Assembly: GCA_900550295.1 (NCBI GenBank) | Contig: URRM01000001.1 | Location: 3,817 to 67,816 of the forward strand | DNA from: an uncultured bacterium | Lineage (GTDB): Bacteria; Cyanobacteriota; Vampirovibrionia; Gastranaerophilales; Gastranaerophilaceae | Reading direction: 5' to 3' | Length of the DNA stretch: 64,000 nucleotides | Part shown: positions 18,637 to 30,349 of the stretch, piece by piece | Numbering within the stretch: the stretch's first letter is position 1 | Layout: the number at the start of each line of letters is the position of its first letter | Notes under the pieces: model-generated | What the model saw: the letters and a program-made list of their open reading frames with translations, nothing else | What the model was told of the DNA's origin: nothing | Databases searched by the model: none | Made by a program: the position numbers and the translations under genes

Positions 18637-19197
18637 TTAATCTTCATTTTTACGAGCAACTGCCAAACCTGCAGGCAAGTCCAAAACCTCCATTTGATAT
18701 TTTGGATTACCATTGACGGCATCTAAAAATGGTTTTACCTTTTCTGCGTGTGAAGTTACATTGTCAGCACAAATTACTGCACCTTTTTTCAAGTGTTTAT
18801 CTAGCAAATTGAAATATTCAATATATTGAGATTTATTTGCATCAATAAACACAAAATCAATAATTTCGTCTTCAGGAAGTCGTTCCAAAATACCGATTGC
18901 AGAACCTTCTTTTGTTGTAATAACATCCATTACACCACAAGTTTTGAAATTTTCTTCTGCAAGAACTCTTCGTTTTTCATAAAATTCGATTGTGGTTAAA
19001 TGTCCGCCTGTTTCTTTCAAAGCTTTTGCAAGCCAAATTCCGGAATAACCATTTGAAGTTCCTATTTCGTATGCATTTTGTGCATTACAAATTTTCACAA
19101 GCATATTCAAAAAGTTGCCTGTTTCTCTTGCTACATTCCAAAATTCATTTTGTGTTTCTTCTAAGCGTTTAAATACTATTTCTGTTGTATCATCCAT
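18637..19197 (-). CDS. Class I SAM-dependent O-methyltransferase (caffeoyl-CoA OMT / YrrM-like)
   Basis: SAM motif AYEIGTSNGYSGIWLA, acidic FIDANK. 186 aa. Confidence 0.7.
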   Translation of the reverse strand: MDDTTEIVFKRLEETQNEFWNVARETGNFLNMLVKICNAQNAYEIGTSNGYSGIWLAKALKETGGHLTTIEFYEKRRVLAEENFKTCGVMDVITTKEGSAIGILERLPEDEIIDFVFIDANKSQYIEYFNLLDKHLKKGAVICADNVTSHAEKVKPFLDAVNGNPKYQMEVLDLPAGLAVARKNED

Positions 19198-19199
19198 AA

Positions 19200-20642
19200 T
19201 TAATTTATTTTTTTCACCTTGTTTGTAATTACCAATTCACTAACCGGAATATCTATCGGTAATGTCTTTATAACTTGTTTTCTATCCAAATTCAACACTG
19301 AATATTTTCCGGCTTTTGCATCAGAAATTATTGCAAGATTTGAGTTTGGCACTTTATACATTTTTGTAGAAAATCCGTTTGTGTTTAATTTTATTGTTGC
19401 AGTAATTTTATCGGTTTGAGTATTCAAAACTTGTACTGTACTGTTTTCTGCACTTAAGATATATAGGTTATTGAAATAAACCAACATATCCACAGGTTTT
19501 GGAGAAACTTCCAACTCGTCTGCAAGTGTCATTGTTGCATAATCAACGATTGCAATTCTGTTTTTAGTTCTACTTGCTAAATAAATTTTGTTTTGTGAGT
19601 ACGCAATTGAAGAAACGTTAGGGAAAATACCAACTTCTTTTATTGTGTAATCGTTATCTAATTCAACACACCAGACATCATTTGTTAGTTTGTCAACATA
19701 AATTAATTTTGTTGATTTGTCAGCAAGTGTCAATTTTGTACATCTGCCGTTTACTTGAATTTTTTGTTTAGTTTGCATTTTATCTAAATCTATCACGTAA
19801 ATAGAAGATATATTTGGAGCTGAAACATAAGCCAATCTGTTAATTTCATCAATAACAATTTCTTCCGGTTGAGCATCAAATTCAAAACATTTAATTACAG
19901 CCTCATCTGCTAATGAAATTACATTCATTGCATTAAAATCAAATGTTGTAACCATTAAAAATCTGTTTTGATATGCTTTCATATCAATCGGAATAGAGTT
20001 TAAGCTTAGCGCATATTCCGGTCTTGCACCTCCTGATGGTAAAACATGAACATTTTTTGAATGGCATGTTATTACATACATATTTTTATTTCTTAATTGT
20101 GGAACTGTTGTAACTAAATCTTTTTTAACCTCTGTATGAACAGTTTTTTCTTCTACCGGTTTTGTGTATTCAGATTTAACTTTTAACACATCTTGCTCTG
20201 TTGTAATTCGCAATCCGCCAATAATACCCTTGATATTTTCAGGCACTACCAAATTTTTTGGAACCAACAAGTCTTGAGGTAACAAACCTGTTTTAACTTC
20301 TAAAAATGGATCACTTTGGTATAAAACTGATTTTTTTCCGTCTTTTTCTATAATTTTCAATAAAACAAAATCATTGTTTAAAATAAGAATATCAGGCATA
20401 TCCTTTAAGGTTTTATTTGCAGGTACTGATTTTTTTACCGAAATTGTAGCCGGTTTTAAAATCTTCGCGGGGAATAATGGTAAATATAAATTATCTCTTA
20501 TTGTAATCAAACCATCAAACCTAATATCTGCAGAAGGTTGTTCTTTTTTAATATAGTTAACAACTTCTGTCGGTAAAGTTGCCGCAGAAGCAGACATAGC
20601 TCCTACAAACATAACTATAAGAGTTATAATCAGTTTACGCAT
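19200..20642 (-). CDS. Secreted beta-propeller repeat protein (YVTN/YncE-like)
   Basis: Signal peptide MRKLIITLIVMFVGAMSASA. Recurrent 40-residue units with YV/IYV cores (YVITCHS, YVSAPNISSIYVIDL, LIYVDKL, IYLASR, LYILSAE). The start overlaps the dnaJ stop (ATAATG). Confidence 0.5.
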   Translation of the reverse strand: MRKLIITLIVMFVGAMSASAATLPTEVVNYIKKEQPSADIRFDGLITIRDNLYLPLFPAKILKPATISVKKSVPANKTLKDMPDILILNNDFVLLKIIEKDGKKSVLYQSDPFLEVKTGLLPQDLLVPKNLVVPENIKGIIGGLRITTEQDVLKVKSEYTKPVEEKTVHTEVKKDLVTTVPQLRNKNMYVITCHSKNVHVLPSGGARPEYALSLNSIPIDMKAYQNRFLMVTTFDFNAMNVISLADEAVIKCFEFDAQPEEIVIDEINRLAYVSAPNISSIYVIDLDKMQTKQKIQVNGRCTKLTLADKSTKLIYVDKLTNDVWCVELDNDYTIKEVGIFPNVSSIAYSQNKIYLASRTKNRIAIVDYATMTLADELEVSPKPVDMLVYFNNLYILSAENSTVQVLNTQTDKITATIKLNTNGFSTKMYKVPNSNLAIISDAKAGKYSVLNLDRKQVIKTLPIDIPVSELVITNKVKKIN

Positions 20643-21763
20643 TATTGGAATACCCCTTTTACTTTTTCTTTCAATGTGTCTTGAGCTTTTTTGCCTGTAT
20701 TTATTTCATACAAACGTTTATACAAACTTCTTTCTTCATCAGTAAGTTTTGTAGGAACTTTAACATTTACAACTAAAATGTGGTCGCCTCTATGAGTTGG
20801 TTTTTGAATATGAGGTACACCTGCACCTTTAATCTTAATCAAGTTACCGCTTTGAATACCGGCTTGGACCTGAACTTTTTTATATCCATCAACAGTTTTA
20901 ACTGTAACTTCATCGCCCAATGCTGCTTGAGCAGGAGATATTTCTAATTGAGTAATAATATTTATACCATCTCTGTTAAAATGTTCAGAAGGTTTTACAC
21001 GTAAAACGACATATAAATCACCTGCCGGACCGCCATTTATACCACAATCACCTTCATCTGCTAAGCGCATTTTTGACATATTGTCTACACCTGCCGGAAT
21101 TTTAACTTCCAATGTCTTTTCAACTTCTACTCTACCCTTACCGTGGCATATTTCACAAGGTTCTTCAATTTTTTTACCTGTTCCACGACAATCTGGACAC
21201 GCTGTTACTTGAGTAAAGTGTCCCAAAATTGTTTGAGTCGTTTGTTGAATTTTACCGGAACCTCCACAAGTAGGACAAATTTTAGGTGTTGTACCCGCTT
21301 TTGCACCACTTCCGTTACAATCCTTACATACTTCAAGATGGTCAATTTTTATTTCTTTTTTGCAACCAAATACAGCCTCTTCAAATTCAAGTTCTACATC
21401 TACACGTAAATCTTCACCTTGACGAGGAGCATTAGGATCTGCTTGACGTTGAGAAAATCCACCAAAACCGTCAAAGAATGATGCAAAAATATCGTTCAAG
21501 TCACCGAAACCACCAGCAAAAGGACCGCCAGTATCAAAACCGGCATTCTTTAATCCGTCTTCACCAAATCTGTCATAAGTCGCACGTTTATCATCATCCA
21601 TCAATGTTTCGTACGCTTTACCGATTTCTTTAAATTTATCCTCTGCATCAGGTGCTTTATTTACATCCGGATGATATTTACGAGCCATTTTTCTAAAAGC
21701 GCTTTTAATTTCATCTTTTGTGGCGTTTCTATCAACACCTAGTGTTTCATAATAATCTGCCAT
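20642..21763 (-). CDS. dnaJ: Molecular chaperone DnaJ
   Basis: J-domain with HPD (KYHPDVNK), G/F-rich region, four CxxCxGxG zinc-finger repeats. 373 aa. Confidence 0.9.
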   Translation of the reverse strand: MADYYETLGVDRNATKDEIKSAFRKMARKYHPDVNKAPDAEDKFKEIGKAYETLMDDDKRATYDRFGEDGLKNAGFDTGGPFAGGFGDLNDIFASFFDGFGGFSQRQADPNAPRQGEDLRVDVELEFEEAVFGCKKEIKIDHLEVCKDCNGSGAKAGTTPKICPTCGGSGKIQQTTQTILGHFTQVTACPDCRGTGKKIEEPCEICHGKGRVEVEKTLEVKIPAGVDNMSKMRLADEGDCGINGGPAGDLYVVLRVKPSEHFNRDGINIITQLEISPAQAALGDEVTVKTVDGYKKVQVQAGIQSGNLIKIKGAGVPHIQKPTHRGDHILVVNVKVPTKLTDEERSLYKRLYEINTGKKAQDTLKEKVKGVFQ

Positions 21764-21836
21764 TCTTAACTAATTAACCTTTCCAACTTGTGGTTTGAAA
21801 AATGCCGTGCATAAATCACGGCATTAATTTTCATAT

Positions 21837-22415
21837 CTATTCTGCTGAAGCTACATTTACCAATGAAGCTCTTAAAACTTTATCACCAATTTTGTAACCT
21901 TTTTGAAGTTCATTAATAATTGTTCCTTCCGGATGTTCGCTTGTTGGTGTTTGCATTACAGCTTCATGGAAATTAGGATCAAATTCTTTTCCCTCTGTTT
22001 CAATAACTTCTAAACCTAATTTTGTCAAAGTGTCTTTCATTTGTTTTAAAACTAAATTAAAACTTTCTTTAACTTTTTGACAATCTTCTACATTTTCAAC
22101 TGCTTTTTGACCTCTGTCGAAGTTATCTAAAACTTCAATAAGTTGTTTCAATGTATTTTCTGCGCCATATTTTAACAAATTTTCACGTTCTTGAGCTTGA
22201 CGTTTTCTAAAGTTGTCAAAATCTGCAGCAAGTCTGATATATTTGCTGTTTAATTCCTCATATTTTGCTTGAAGTTCGTTATCTTTTGAAACCTCTTTAG
22301 TTTCTGTTTGTTCTGTTTCTTTGTTTTCTTCTGCTTTTGCAGTATTATCTAAATCCATATCTTTGTTGAATGGATTTGATTCTGTTGTTTCTTCATGTTT
22401 TTTCTTATGTGACAT
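21837..22415 (-). CDS. grpE: Nucleotide exchange factor GrpE
   Basis: GrpE-like coiled-coil and C-terminal domain (RLAADFDNFRKR ... GYKIGDKVLRASLV). Start placed at the Met preceded by AAGGCGGG. The ORF track extends it to 22445. Confidence 0.8.
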   Translation of the reverse strand: MSHKKKHEETTESNPFNKDMDLDNTAKAEENKETEQTETKEVSKDNELQAKYEELNSKYIRLAADFDNFRKRQAQERENLLKYGAENTLKQLIEVLDNFDRGQKAVENVEDCQKVKESFNLVLKQMKDTLTKLGLEVIETEGKEFDPNFHEAVMQTPTSEHPEGTIINELQKGYKIGDKVLRASLVNVASAE

Positions 22416-22565
22416 TTTACCCGCCTTCATAAAATTATTATACAACTTTAATTATATGCTATCAATCAAGATAAACAATGAATATTTATTATTTTTTAAT
22501 AATTCCTAAATAATTTATACAAAATATTATGGAAATATTAATTTTTCATTAACAAATCACTTTAT

Positions 22566-22594
22566 TTGAATTTTTTGAAGTATAAATGTATTAT
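22566..22594 (+). promoter_or_regulatory. Candidate sigma70-type promoter for groES-groEL (TTGAAT-17-TATTAT)
   Basis: Hexamers read directly from the sequence. No CIRCE inverted repeat (TTAGCACTC-N9-GAGTGCTAA) is present upstream of groES or grpE. Confidence 0.35.
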
Positions 22595-22629
22595 TAAAAG
22601 TCTAAATATATAAACTAGGAGGCATAAAA

Positions 22630-22917
22630 ATGAAAATTAGACCAATCGGTGACAGAATTGTAATCAAAGTTATTGAAGATACAGCACAAACAGAAGGTGG
22701 AATCTTTATTCCTGACAGTGCAAAAGAAAAACCTCAAAAGGGTGAAGTTGTAGCAGTAGGCGAAGGCAAAACTTTAGATAGCGGTGAAAAAGCTCCTGTA
22801 TCAGTTAAAGTTGGCGAAACTATTATTTATGAAAAATACGCTGGCAGAGATATTAAAATTGACGGCGAAACATTAAAAATCTTATCAACTTCAGATGTTT
22901 TAGGTGTACTTGAATAG
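22630..22917 (+). CDS. groES: Co-chaperonin GroES
   Basis: 95 aa with the IRPIGDRIVIK mobile-loop family pattern. RBS AGGAGG. Confidence 0.95.
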   Translation: MKIRPIGDRIVIKVIEDTAQTEGGIFIPDSAKEKPQKGEVVAVGEGKTLDSGEKAPVSVKVGETIIYEKYAGRDIKIDGETLKILSTSDVLGVLE

Positions 22918-22979
22918 TTACCTTGCAGTCTTAACGACTTAAAATAAAAGTTATTACATTATTTATAAAGGAAAAATGA

Positions 22980-24635
<1,656 letters not shown>

Positions 24636-24660
24636 TAGTTCATACGAACATAAAATTCCA

Positions 24661-24692
24661 AAAAAGGCGGTGATTTTATCACCGCCTTTTTA
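24661..24692. terminator. Bidirectional rho-independent terminator after groEL
   Basis: AAAAA-GGCGGTGAT-TTT-ATCACCGCC-TTTTT. Confidence 0.85.
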
Positions 24693-24705
24693 GTATTAAT
24701 TATTT

Positions 24706-25362
24706 TTATTTTTGAATTAAAACATAAGATCCAGGTTTTACTTCTTTTGATAATTGAACAATAACGTCATTATCCATTCTCATACAACCATGAGAAGCGT
24801 AAGTGCCAATACTTGCAGGGTTATTGTTACCATGAATAAATTCACCATTTGAGCCTAAATCTTTACCTGTTTTTGGGTCAATTGTTGTTAAAATTAAGAT
24901 TTTTGGACCATAAGCCTTTGGACTTTTACGTCTTTTTGTACCCGCAGGTGCTTCTGTGTATGGATAAGTTTCAATGTGAGAAACCTTTCTCAAACCAGTG
25001 CTTGTCGGTGAAGTCTTTTTACCTGAGGCAACTTGATAAACTTCAAAGGCTTTTCCATCCTTATCATATCTATATAATCTGTTTTCACTCAAATCAACTA
25101 CGATTGGGGCATTTTGTTTCTTACCCGCAACTTCAATTTGTGGTGATGGAGCTTTTGCTAAAATTGCCTTATCGTGTTTATCTATTCTTTTTAGTGGTGT
25201 TTGTGCGGTTTGTTGAACTGACAAACCTTCCATTTCACTCATTGCATCAGCTTGTGTTTGAGAAGCTGAAAAAATACTACTAGCTTCCGACTGCTGACTC
25301 TTTGTTGCACCAACATTTTGAGTCATATTCGTATTAAAAGAAATTTCATTAACTTTAACCAT
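24706..25362 (-). CDS. L,D-transpeptidase (YkuD domain) protein
   Basis: Catalytic region HGNNNPASIGTYASHGCMRM (His...Cys of YkuD). 218 aa. Confidence 0.75.
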   Translation of the reverse strand: MVKVNEISFNTNMTQNVGATKSQQSEASSIFSASQTQADAMSEMEGLSVQQTAQTPLKRIDKHDKAILAKAPSPQIEVAGKKQNAPIVVDLSENRLYRYDKDGKAFEVYQVASGKKTSPTSTGLRKVSHIETYPYTEAPAGTKRRKSPKAYGPKILILTTIDPKTGKDLGSNGEFIHGNNNPASIGTYASHGCMRMDNDVIVQLSKEVKPGSYVLIQK

Positions 25363-25465
25363 AAATTTCTCCTTTCAATTTTCTATTATCATTGTAGCAT
25401 AAATTTTAAAAAATAAGTAATTAATCTTTTTTTTGTTATAATTTCTTTAGAAACGAGGAAGAAAT

Positions 25466-26458
25466 ATGAAAAACATTTTAGTTATAAATTTTGGCGGAAT
25501 CGGTGATGAAATTTTATTTTTACCAACATTAATTTCATTAAAAAAAGCATTTTCTGAGTCAAAAATTACACTTTGCCTAGAACCAAGAAGCAAGGGCATC
25601 AAAGATTTGACTGACACTATTGATGATTTAATTTTAATTAATCCAAAAGGTAAAAACAAATATACAGAAATGCTAAAACTTTTACTAAAAGCTCGTTTTG
25701 GCAAATTTGACACTGTAATTTCTGCAGGGGGCAACAAACTTATAAGTATTTTATTGTTCTTAACAGGCATTAAAAAACGCTATGGCTACAATACAGGTAA
25801 ATTAAGCGAAAAACTTTTGACAAAAGCCGTACCTTTGAATAAGCAACAATATGCCTCTTTGATGTATCACGATTTAATTCGTGACATTACAGACATTAGA
25901 ACAGATATTCCTGAAATCACATTAGAAAAAGGCGAAAAAATTCCAAATTCAGTACTTATCCACCCCGGAGTAAGTAAATTAAGCGTTCAAAAAAATATGA
26001 TTAAAACAATAACTCCGGAAATTTGGGCAGATGTAATTAAACTTTTATTAGATAACGGCAAACACGTTACATTGACCGGTGGTCCGGATGACAAAGAGGT
26101 TGTAGACAAAATTTTATCTATAATTGAACCGTTAAACAATCCAAATTTTGAAAATTATTATGGAAAAACAAAAAATCTAATGGATTTAGCTAAACTTATA
26201 ACAAAATACGAAAAATTTGTATGTTCAGATTCAGCACCACTACACATTGGAGTAGGCACAAAAACCAGAACTTACGCTATTTTTGGTTCTACTGACGACA
26301 AAAAATTAATTCCACAAGCAGATTTTGTTACAGCATTGAAAACAAATGATGATTGTCCAATTAAACCTTGTTTATGGGATCACAGACAAACAACTTGTGA
26401 AAAATTGTCATGCTTAAAGTTCAAAGCCGAAGACATTGCCAGTGAAATTTTAAAGTAG
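25466..26458 (+). CDS. Glycosyltransferase family 9 (ADP-heptose:LPS heptosyltransferase-like)
   Basis: GT9 layout ending in KYEKFVCSDSAPLHIGVGTKT (matches the DSGPMHLAAA region). Extended -10 TGTTATAAT at 25434-25442 and RBS GAGGAAG. Confidence 0.7.
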   Translation: MKNILVINFGGIGDEILFLPTLISLKKAFSESKITLCLEPRSKGIKDLTDTIDDLILINPKGKNKYTEMLKLLLKARFGKFDTVISAGGNKLISILLFLTGIKKRYGYNTGKLSEKLLTKAVPLNKQQYASLMYHDLIRDITDIRTDIPEITLEKGEKIPNSVLIHPGVSKLSVQKNMIKTITPEIWADVIKLLLDNGKHVTLTGGPDDKEVVDKILSIIEPLNNPNFENYYGKTKNLMDLAKLITKYEKFVCSDSAPLHIGVGTKTRTYAIFGSTDDKKLIPQADFVTALKTNDDCPIKPCLWDHRQTTCEKLSCLKFKAEDIASEILK

Positions 26459-26625
26459 AAGTTAACAAAACTTAACAGTAAAAATGCCGTTTTTTCATGG
26501 TTTTCAGTAGTTTCAAGGCTCAAAATGGGCAAGGATAGAAAAACTGGTATTTTTGTGATATGCTATTATTTGCAAGCGTGTAGTTTGCTTTAGAGTACAC
26601 AATAACAAAGAAGGAATTAAAGATT

Positions 26626-28314
26626 ATGTCATTACCATCAGTTGCATACTTGTCAATGGAAATTGCATTAGACCAATCTTTAAACACATATTCCGGTGGT
26701 TTAGGTTTCTTAGCTGGTTCTCACATGTTATCAGCAGGTTACTTACAAATGCCAATGGTTGGTGTTACAATGCTTTGGTCTTATGGTTATTATGACCAAC
26801 GTATTGGCGAAAATGGACAAGTAGAAGTTTCTTACATCAGAAAATACTATGATTATTTAACAGATTTAGGTGTTCAAGTAGAAGTTGACACATTTGGAGA
26901 AAAAGTTAAAGTTAAAGCTTACAGAGTAGAACCTGAATTATTCGGTTCTTGTCCTGTATACTTATTAACAACTGATATCGATGGTAACAGTGATTGGGCT
27001 AGAAGCATTTCTCACAGATTATATGACGGAAATGAAAAAATCAGAATCGCTCAAGAAACTGTATTAGGTATCGGTGGTATCAAAATTTTACAAGCAATGA
27101 GATACAAGTTTGATGTTATCCACATGAACGAAGGTCACGCATTGCCGGCTGCATTCGAATTATTAAGACAATTCAAAGGTGATTTGGAAGAAGTTAAGAA
27201 AAGAACAGTATTCACAACTCACACTCCTGTAGCAGCAGGTAACGAAGTTCACTGGGTTGACACATTGATGGAAGGCGGATTCTTCGCTGGTACTTCAAGA
27301 GAAAAGGCTATCGAACTTGGTGGTGAAAACTTCTCTCTAACCGTTGCAGCTTTAAGAATGAGCCGTATCGCAAATGCCGTATCACAATTACACGGTCTTG
27401 TTTCAAACAAAATGTGGGATTGGGTTGAAGGCAGATGCCCTATCCGTGCTATTACAAACGCTGTAAACTTACACTATTGGCAAGATAAGAGAATGAATGG
27501 CGACAAATCATTCGAAGAATTGTTAGCAGCAAAACACGAAATGAAAAAAGAATTGTTTAAATACATCGCTAACAAAGCAGGTAAAAGATTCGATCCTGAT
27601 GTATTAACAATCACTTGGGCAAGAAGATTTGCTGACTACAAACGTGCTTGGTTAATCTTAATGGATAAAGACCGCATTACAAAATTGTTAGATAACAACA
27701 AATTACAATTAATCTTCGCTGGTAAATTCCACCCAGATGATGTTATGGGTAAAGAAATGTTCAACAAATTGTTAAACCGTTCTCATTCAATGAAGAACAT
27801 GGTTGTATTACCGGGTTATGAATTACAATTAAGCGGTATGTTGAAACGTGGTTCAGATATTTGGTTGAACACACCATTAAGACCATTCGAAGCTTCAGGT
27901 ACTTCAGGTATGAGTGCTAACGCTAACGGCGCTTTACACTTATCAACATACGATGGTTGGACAGTTGAAGGTACATTCAATGGCGTAAACGGTTACACAA
28001 TCGAATACGAAGGACTAGACGATGAAATTCCTTGGGAAGAACGTCATTGGAAAGATCACGAATACATGATGAATGTAATCGAAAAAGAAATCATTCCAAC
28101 ATACTACCATAACAAAGAAGAATGGGCTCGTATGATGCGTCAAGCAATCAGAACAGCTGAAGCTTACTTCAATTCTGACCGTATGGTAATTGAATACTAC
28201 AACAGAATTTATCGCTCTATCGCTCACGATACAGAAGGCGCAGGAAAAGATAAAGCTGATGTTAATTTAACAAGACCAACATTTGATGCTTGGACATTCG
28301 CTAACATCAAATAG
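26626..28314 (+). CDS. Alpha-glucan phosphorylase family protein (GT35, short GlgP-type)
   Basis: N-terminus AYLSMEIALDQSLNTYSGGLGFLAGSHMLSAGYLQMPMVGVTMLWSYGYY matches the alpha-glucan phosphorylase family start ([37 protein letters not shown]). 562 aa. Confidence 0.7.
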   Translation: MSLPSVAYLSMEIALDQSLNTYSGGLGFLAGSHMLSAGYLQMPMVGVTMLWSYGYYDQRIGENGQVEVSYIRKYYDYLTDLGVQVEVDTFGEKVKVKAYRVEPELFGSCPVYLLTTDIDGNSDWARSISHRLYDGNEKIRIAQETVLGIGGIKILQAMRYKFDVIHMNEGHALPAAFELLRQFKGDLEEVKKRTVFTTHTPVAAGNEVHWVDTLMEGGFFAGTSREKAIELGGENFSLTVAALRMSRIANAVSQLHGLVSNKMWDWVEGRCPIRAITNAVNLHYWQDKRMNGDKSFEELLAAKHEMKKELFKYIANKAGKRFDPDVLTITWARRFADYKRAWLILMDKDRITKLLDNNKLQLIFAGKFHPDDVMGKEMFNKLLNRSHSMKNMVVLPGYELQLSGMLKRGSDIWLNTPLRPFEASGTSGMSANANGALHLSTYDGWTVEGTFNGVNGYTIEYEGLDDEIPWEERHWKDHEYMMNVIEKEIIPTYYHNKEEWARMMRQAIRTAEAYFNSDRMVIEYYNRIYRSIAHDTEGAGKDKADVNLTRPTFDAWTFANIK

Positions 28315-28333
28315 TTGATAAAAGTCTAACTAG

Positions 28334-28366
28334 AAAACGGAGTTTGCAAAAACTCCGTTTTTTTAT
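28334..28366 (+). terminator. Rho-independent terminator after the phosphorylase gene
   Basis: AACGGAGTTT-GCAAA-AACTCCGTT followed by TTTTTTTAT. Confidence 0.85.
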
Positions 28367-28624
28367 AAGTACATTGAAAATTTAATAGGGGTAACTTTCA
28401 AACTCCCACCAACACATACAATTAACGAAGAAATTAGCTGGAAAGGGAGCAATATAAAGAAATTTCAGATAATAAAAACCGCTATCAAAGTGCTGATAAC
28501 TGTTTTACAATTTATCTTATTTTTTTACAAGGAAACAAAACATTATTTGAAAACTTGCACTTCTTGGGCAATGTCCCCTATATTTTTATTATAACATATT
28601 TTACAAAAATTTTATGAGGTAGCA

Positions 28625-30157
28625 ATGGTTTGCAAAGTTTTTACATCAACAGTTATCGGATTAGATGCTTACAAAATTGAGGTTGAAGTCGATTTAGTTA
28701 ATTCACTTCCTTCTGTTTCAATAGTAGGTTTGCCTGATGCTGCAGTAAATGAAGCAAAAGAAAGAGTTCGCTCAGCAATAAAAAATTCATCTTTTTCTTT
28801 CCCTCAAAAGAAAGTAGTTGTAAACCTTGCTCCGGCAGATATAAAAAAAGAAGGTACAAATTTTGATTTGCCTATTGCTGTTGGTATTCTGATTGAAGAA
28901 GGAACTATCCAAGAAGAAAAAACTCAAGATGTTGCTTTTATTGGAGAATTATCTTTAGATGGAACATTAAGAAGCATAAATGGCGTACTTCCGCATGTTT
29001 TAGGATTAAAAAAAGCAGGAGTAAAAACCGTTATTGTACCTAAAGAAAACGCAAAAGAAGCTTCACTTGCAAACGGAATAACTGTTTTAAGTGCAAATAA
29101 CTTAAATGAAGTTGTGAACCATTTTATAGATACACCTTTAGAGATTGTACACACAAATGTTGATGAATATCTTGCAAAAGGAATTGAAGAGAATTATTTG
29201 TATGATTTCAAAGACGTAAAAGGACAACAGAAAGCAAAAAAAGCATTAGAAATTGCAGCGGCCGGTGGTCATAATATGATTATGGTTGGCACTCCCGGTT
29301 CCGGTAAAACGCTTATGGCAAAATGTTTTGCATCAATTTTACCTCCGCTTGAACTTTCAGAAGCATTAGAATTAACTAAAATTTATAGTGTTTCCGGTCT
29401 TTTAACGAATAACGAACCTTTAATGGTAAAACGTCCATTTAGAGCTGTTCACCATACAGCATCCGCAAACGGAATTATTGGTGGCGGAACAAATCCAAAA
29501 CCAGGAGAAATAACACTTGCACATAGAGGGGTTTTATTCTTAGATGAAATTGTTGAGTTTCCAAGAAATGTGCTTGAAGTTTTACGTCAACCGCTTGAAG
29601 ACGGAGAAGTTGTAATTTCAAGAGCGAAACACTCTATAAAATATCCTGCGGATTTTATGTTGCTTGCAGCAATGAATCCGTGCCCATGCGGATACTTAGG
29701 GGATAAAGAAAAACATTGCACATGTACGGAATATCAAATTAATCGTTATCGTGCAAAACTTTCAGGACCTCTTTTAGACAGAATTGATATACAAATAGAT
29801 GTTCCTAGATTAACAACAGAAGAACTTTTGAATACAAATTCTAATGCGGAAAGTTCGGCAGAAATTAGAAAAAGAGTAATTAATGCTCGAAAAATTCAAA
29901 AAGAACGATATAAAAACACCGGAATTTTAACAAACTCACAACTCACAGCTGATATGGTTAAAAAATATTGTCAAATTGATAATGCCTCAAAAGAAATTTT
30001 AAAACTTGCAGTTGCGAAATATCAACTTTCAGGACGTCGTTATGATAGAGTTTTAAAACTTTCGAGAACAATCGCTGACCTTGATAACTCAGAAATCATT
30101 ACAACAAAACATATAACTCAAGCTCTACAATATAGGTTTAGCGAGCAAATGAACTAG
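28625..30157 (+). CDS. YifB/ComM-family Mg-chelatase-like AAA+ ATPase
   Basis: N-terminal Lon-like domain, Walker A GTPGSGKT, Walker B LFLDEI, C-terminal Cys cluster. 510 aa. Confidence 0.85.
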   Translation: MVCKVFTSTVIGLDAYKIEVEVDLVNSLPSVSIVGLPDAAVNEAKERVRSAIKNSSFSFPQKKVVVNLAPADIKKEGTNFDLPIAVGILIEEGTIQEEKTQDVAFIGELSLDGTLRSINGVLPHVLGLKKAGVKTVIVPKENAKEASLANGITVLSANNLNEVVNHFIDTPLEIVHTNVDEYLAKGIEENYLYDFKDVKGQQKAKKALEIAAAGGHNMIMVGTPGSGKTLMAKCFASILPPLELSEALELTKIYSVSGLLTNNEPLMVKRPFRAVHHTASANGIIGGGTNPKPGEITLAHRGVLFLDEIVEFPRNVLEVLRQPLEDGEVVISRAKHSIKYPADFMLLAAMNPCPCGYLGDKEKHCTCTEYQINRYRAKLSGPLLDRIDIQIDVPRLTTEELLNTNSNAESSAEIRKRVINARKIQKERYKNTGILTNSQLTADMVKKYCQIDNASKEILKLAVAKYQLSGRRYDRVLKLSRTIADLDNSEIITTKHITQALQYRFSEQMN

Positions 30158-30349
30158 CAGAATTTTGGTTATTTTCTCTTAAAAGCATCTTCAGGATGGG
30201 CGGAATTTGAACAGATAATTTCGTAATATTCGTTTTTATCAATATTTACGCCCATATTTTTTATATTAATTTTTAACTTTTTTTTCTTTTTTTTCTTCTC
30301 GTCCATAAATTTATTATACTACAATTTAAGTTTATGGTAGAATTTTCGT

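Noticed and set aside
22446-22629. Searched for a CIRCE/HrcA operator upstream of groES and grpE
   Set aside because: No TTAGCACTC-N9-GAGTGCTAA-like inverted repeat is present. Only AT-rich sequence with sigma70-like hexamers.
30169-30306. Minus-strand 45-codon ORF MDEKKKKKKKLKINIKNMGVNIDKNEYYEIICSNSAHPEDAFKRK between yifB and miaB
   Set aside because: The Lys run is just the complement of two T8 tracts in the miaB promoter region. There is no SD sequence and no terminator, so it is most likely spurious.
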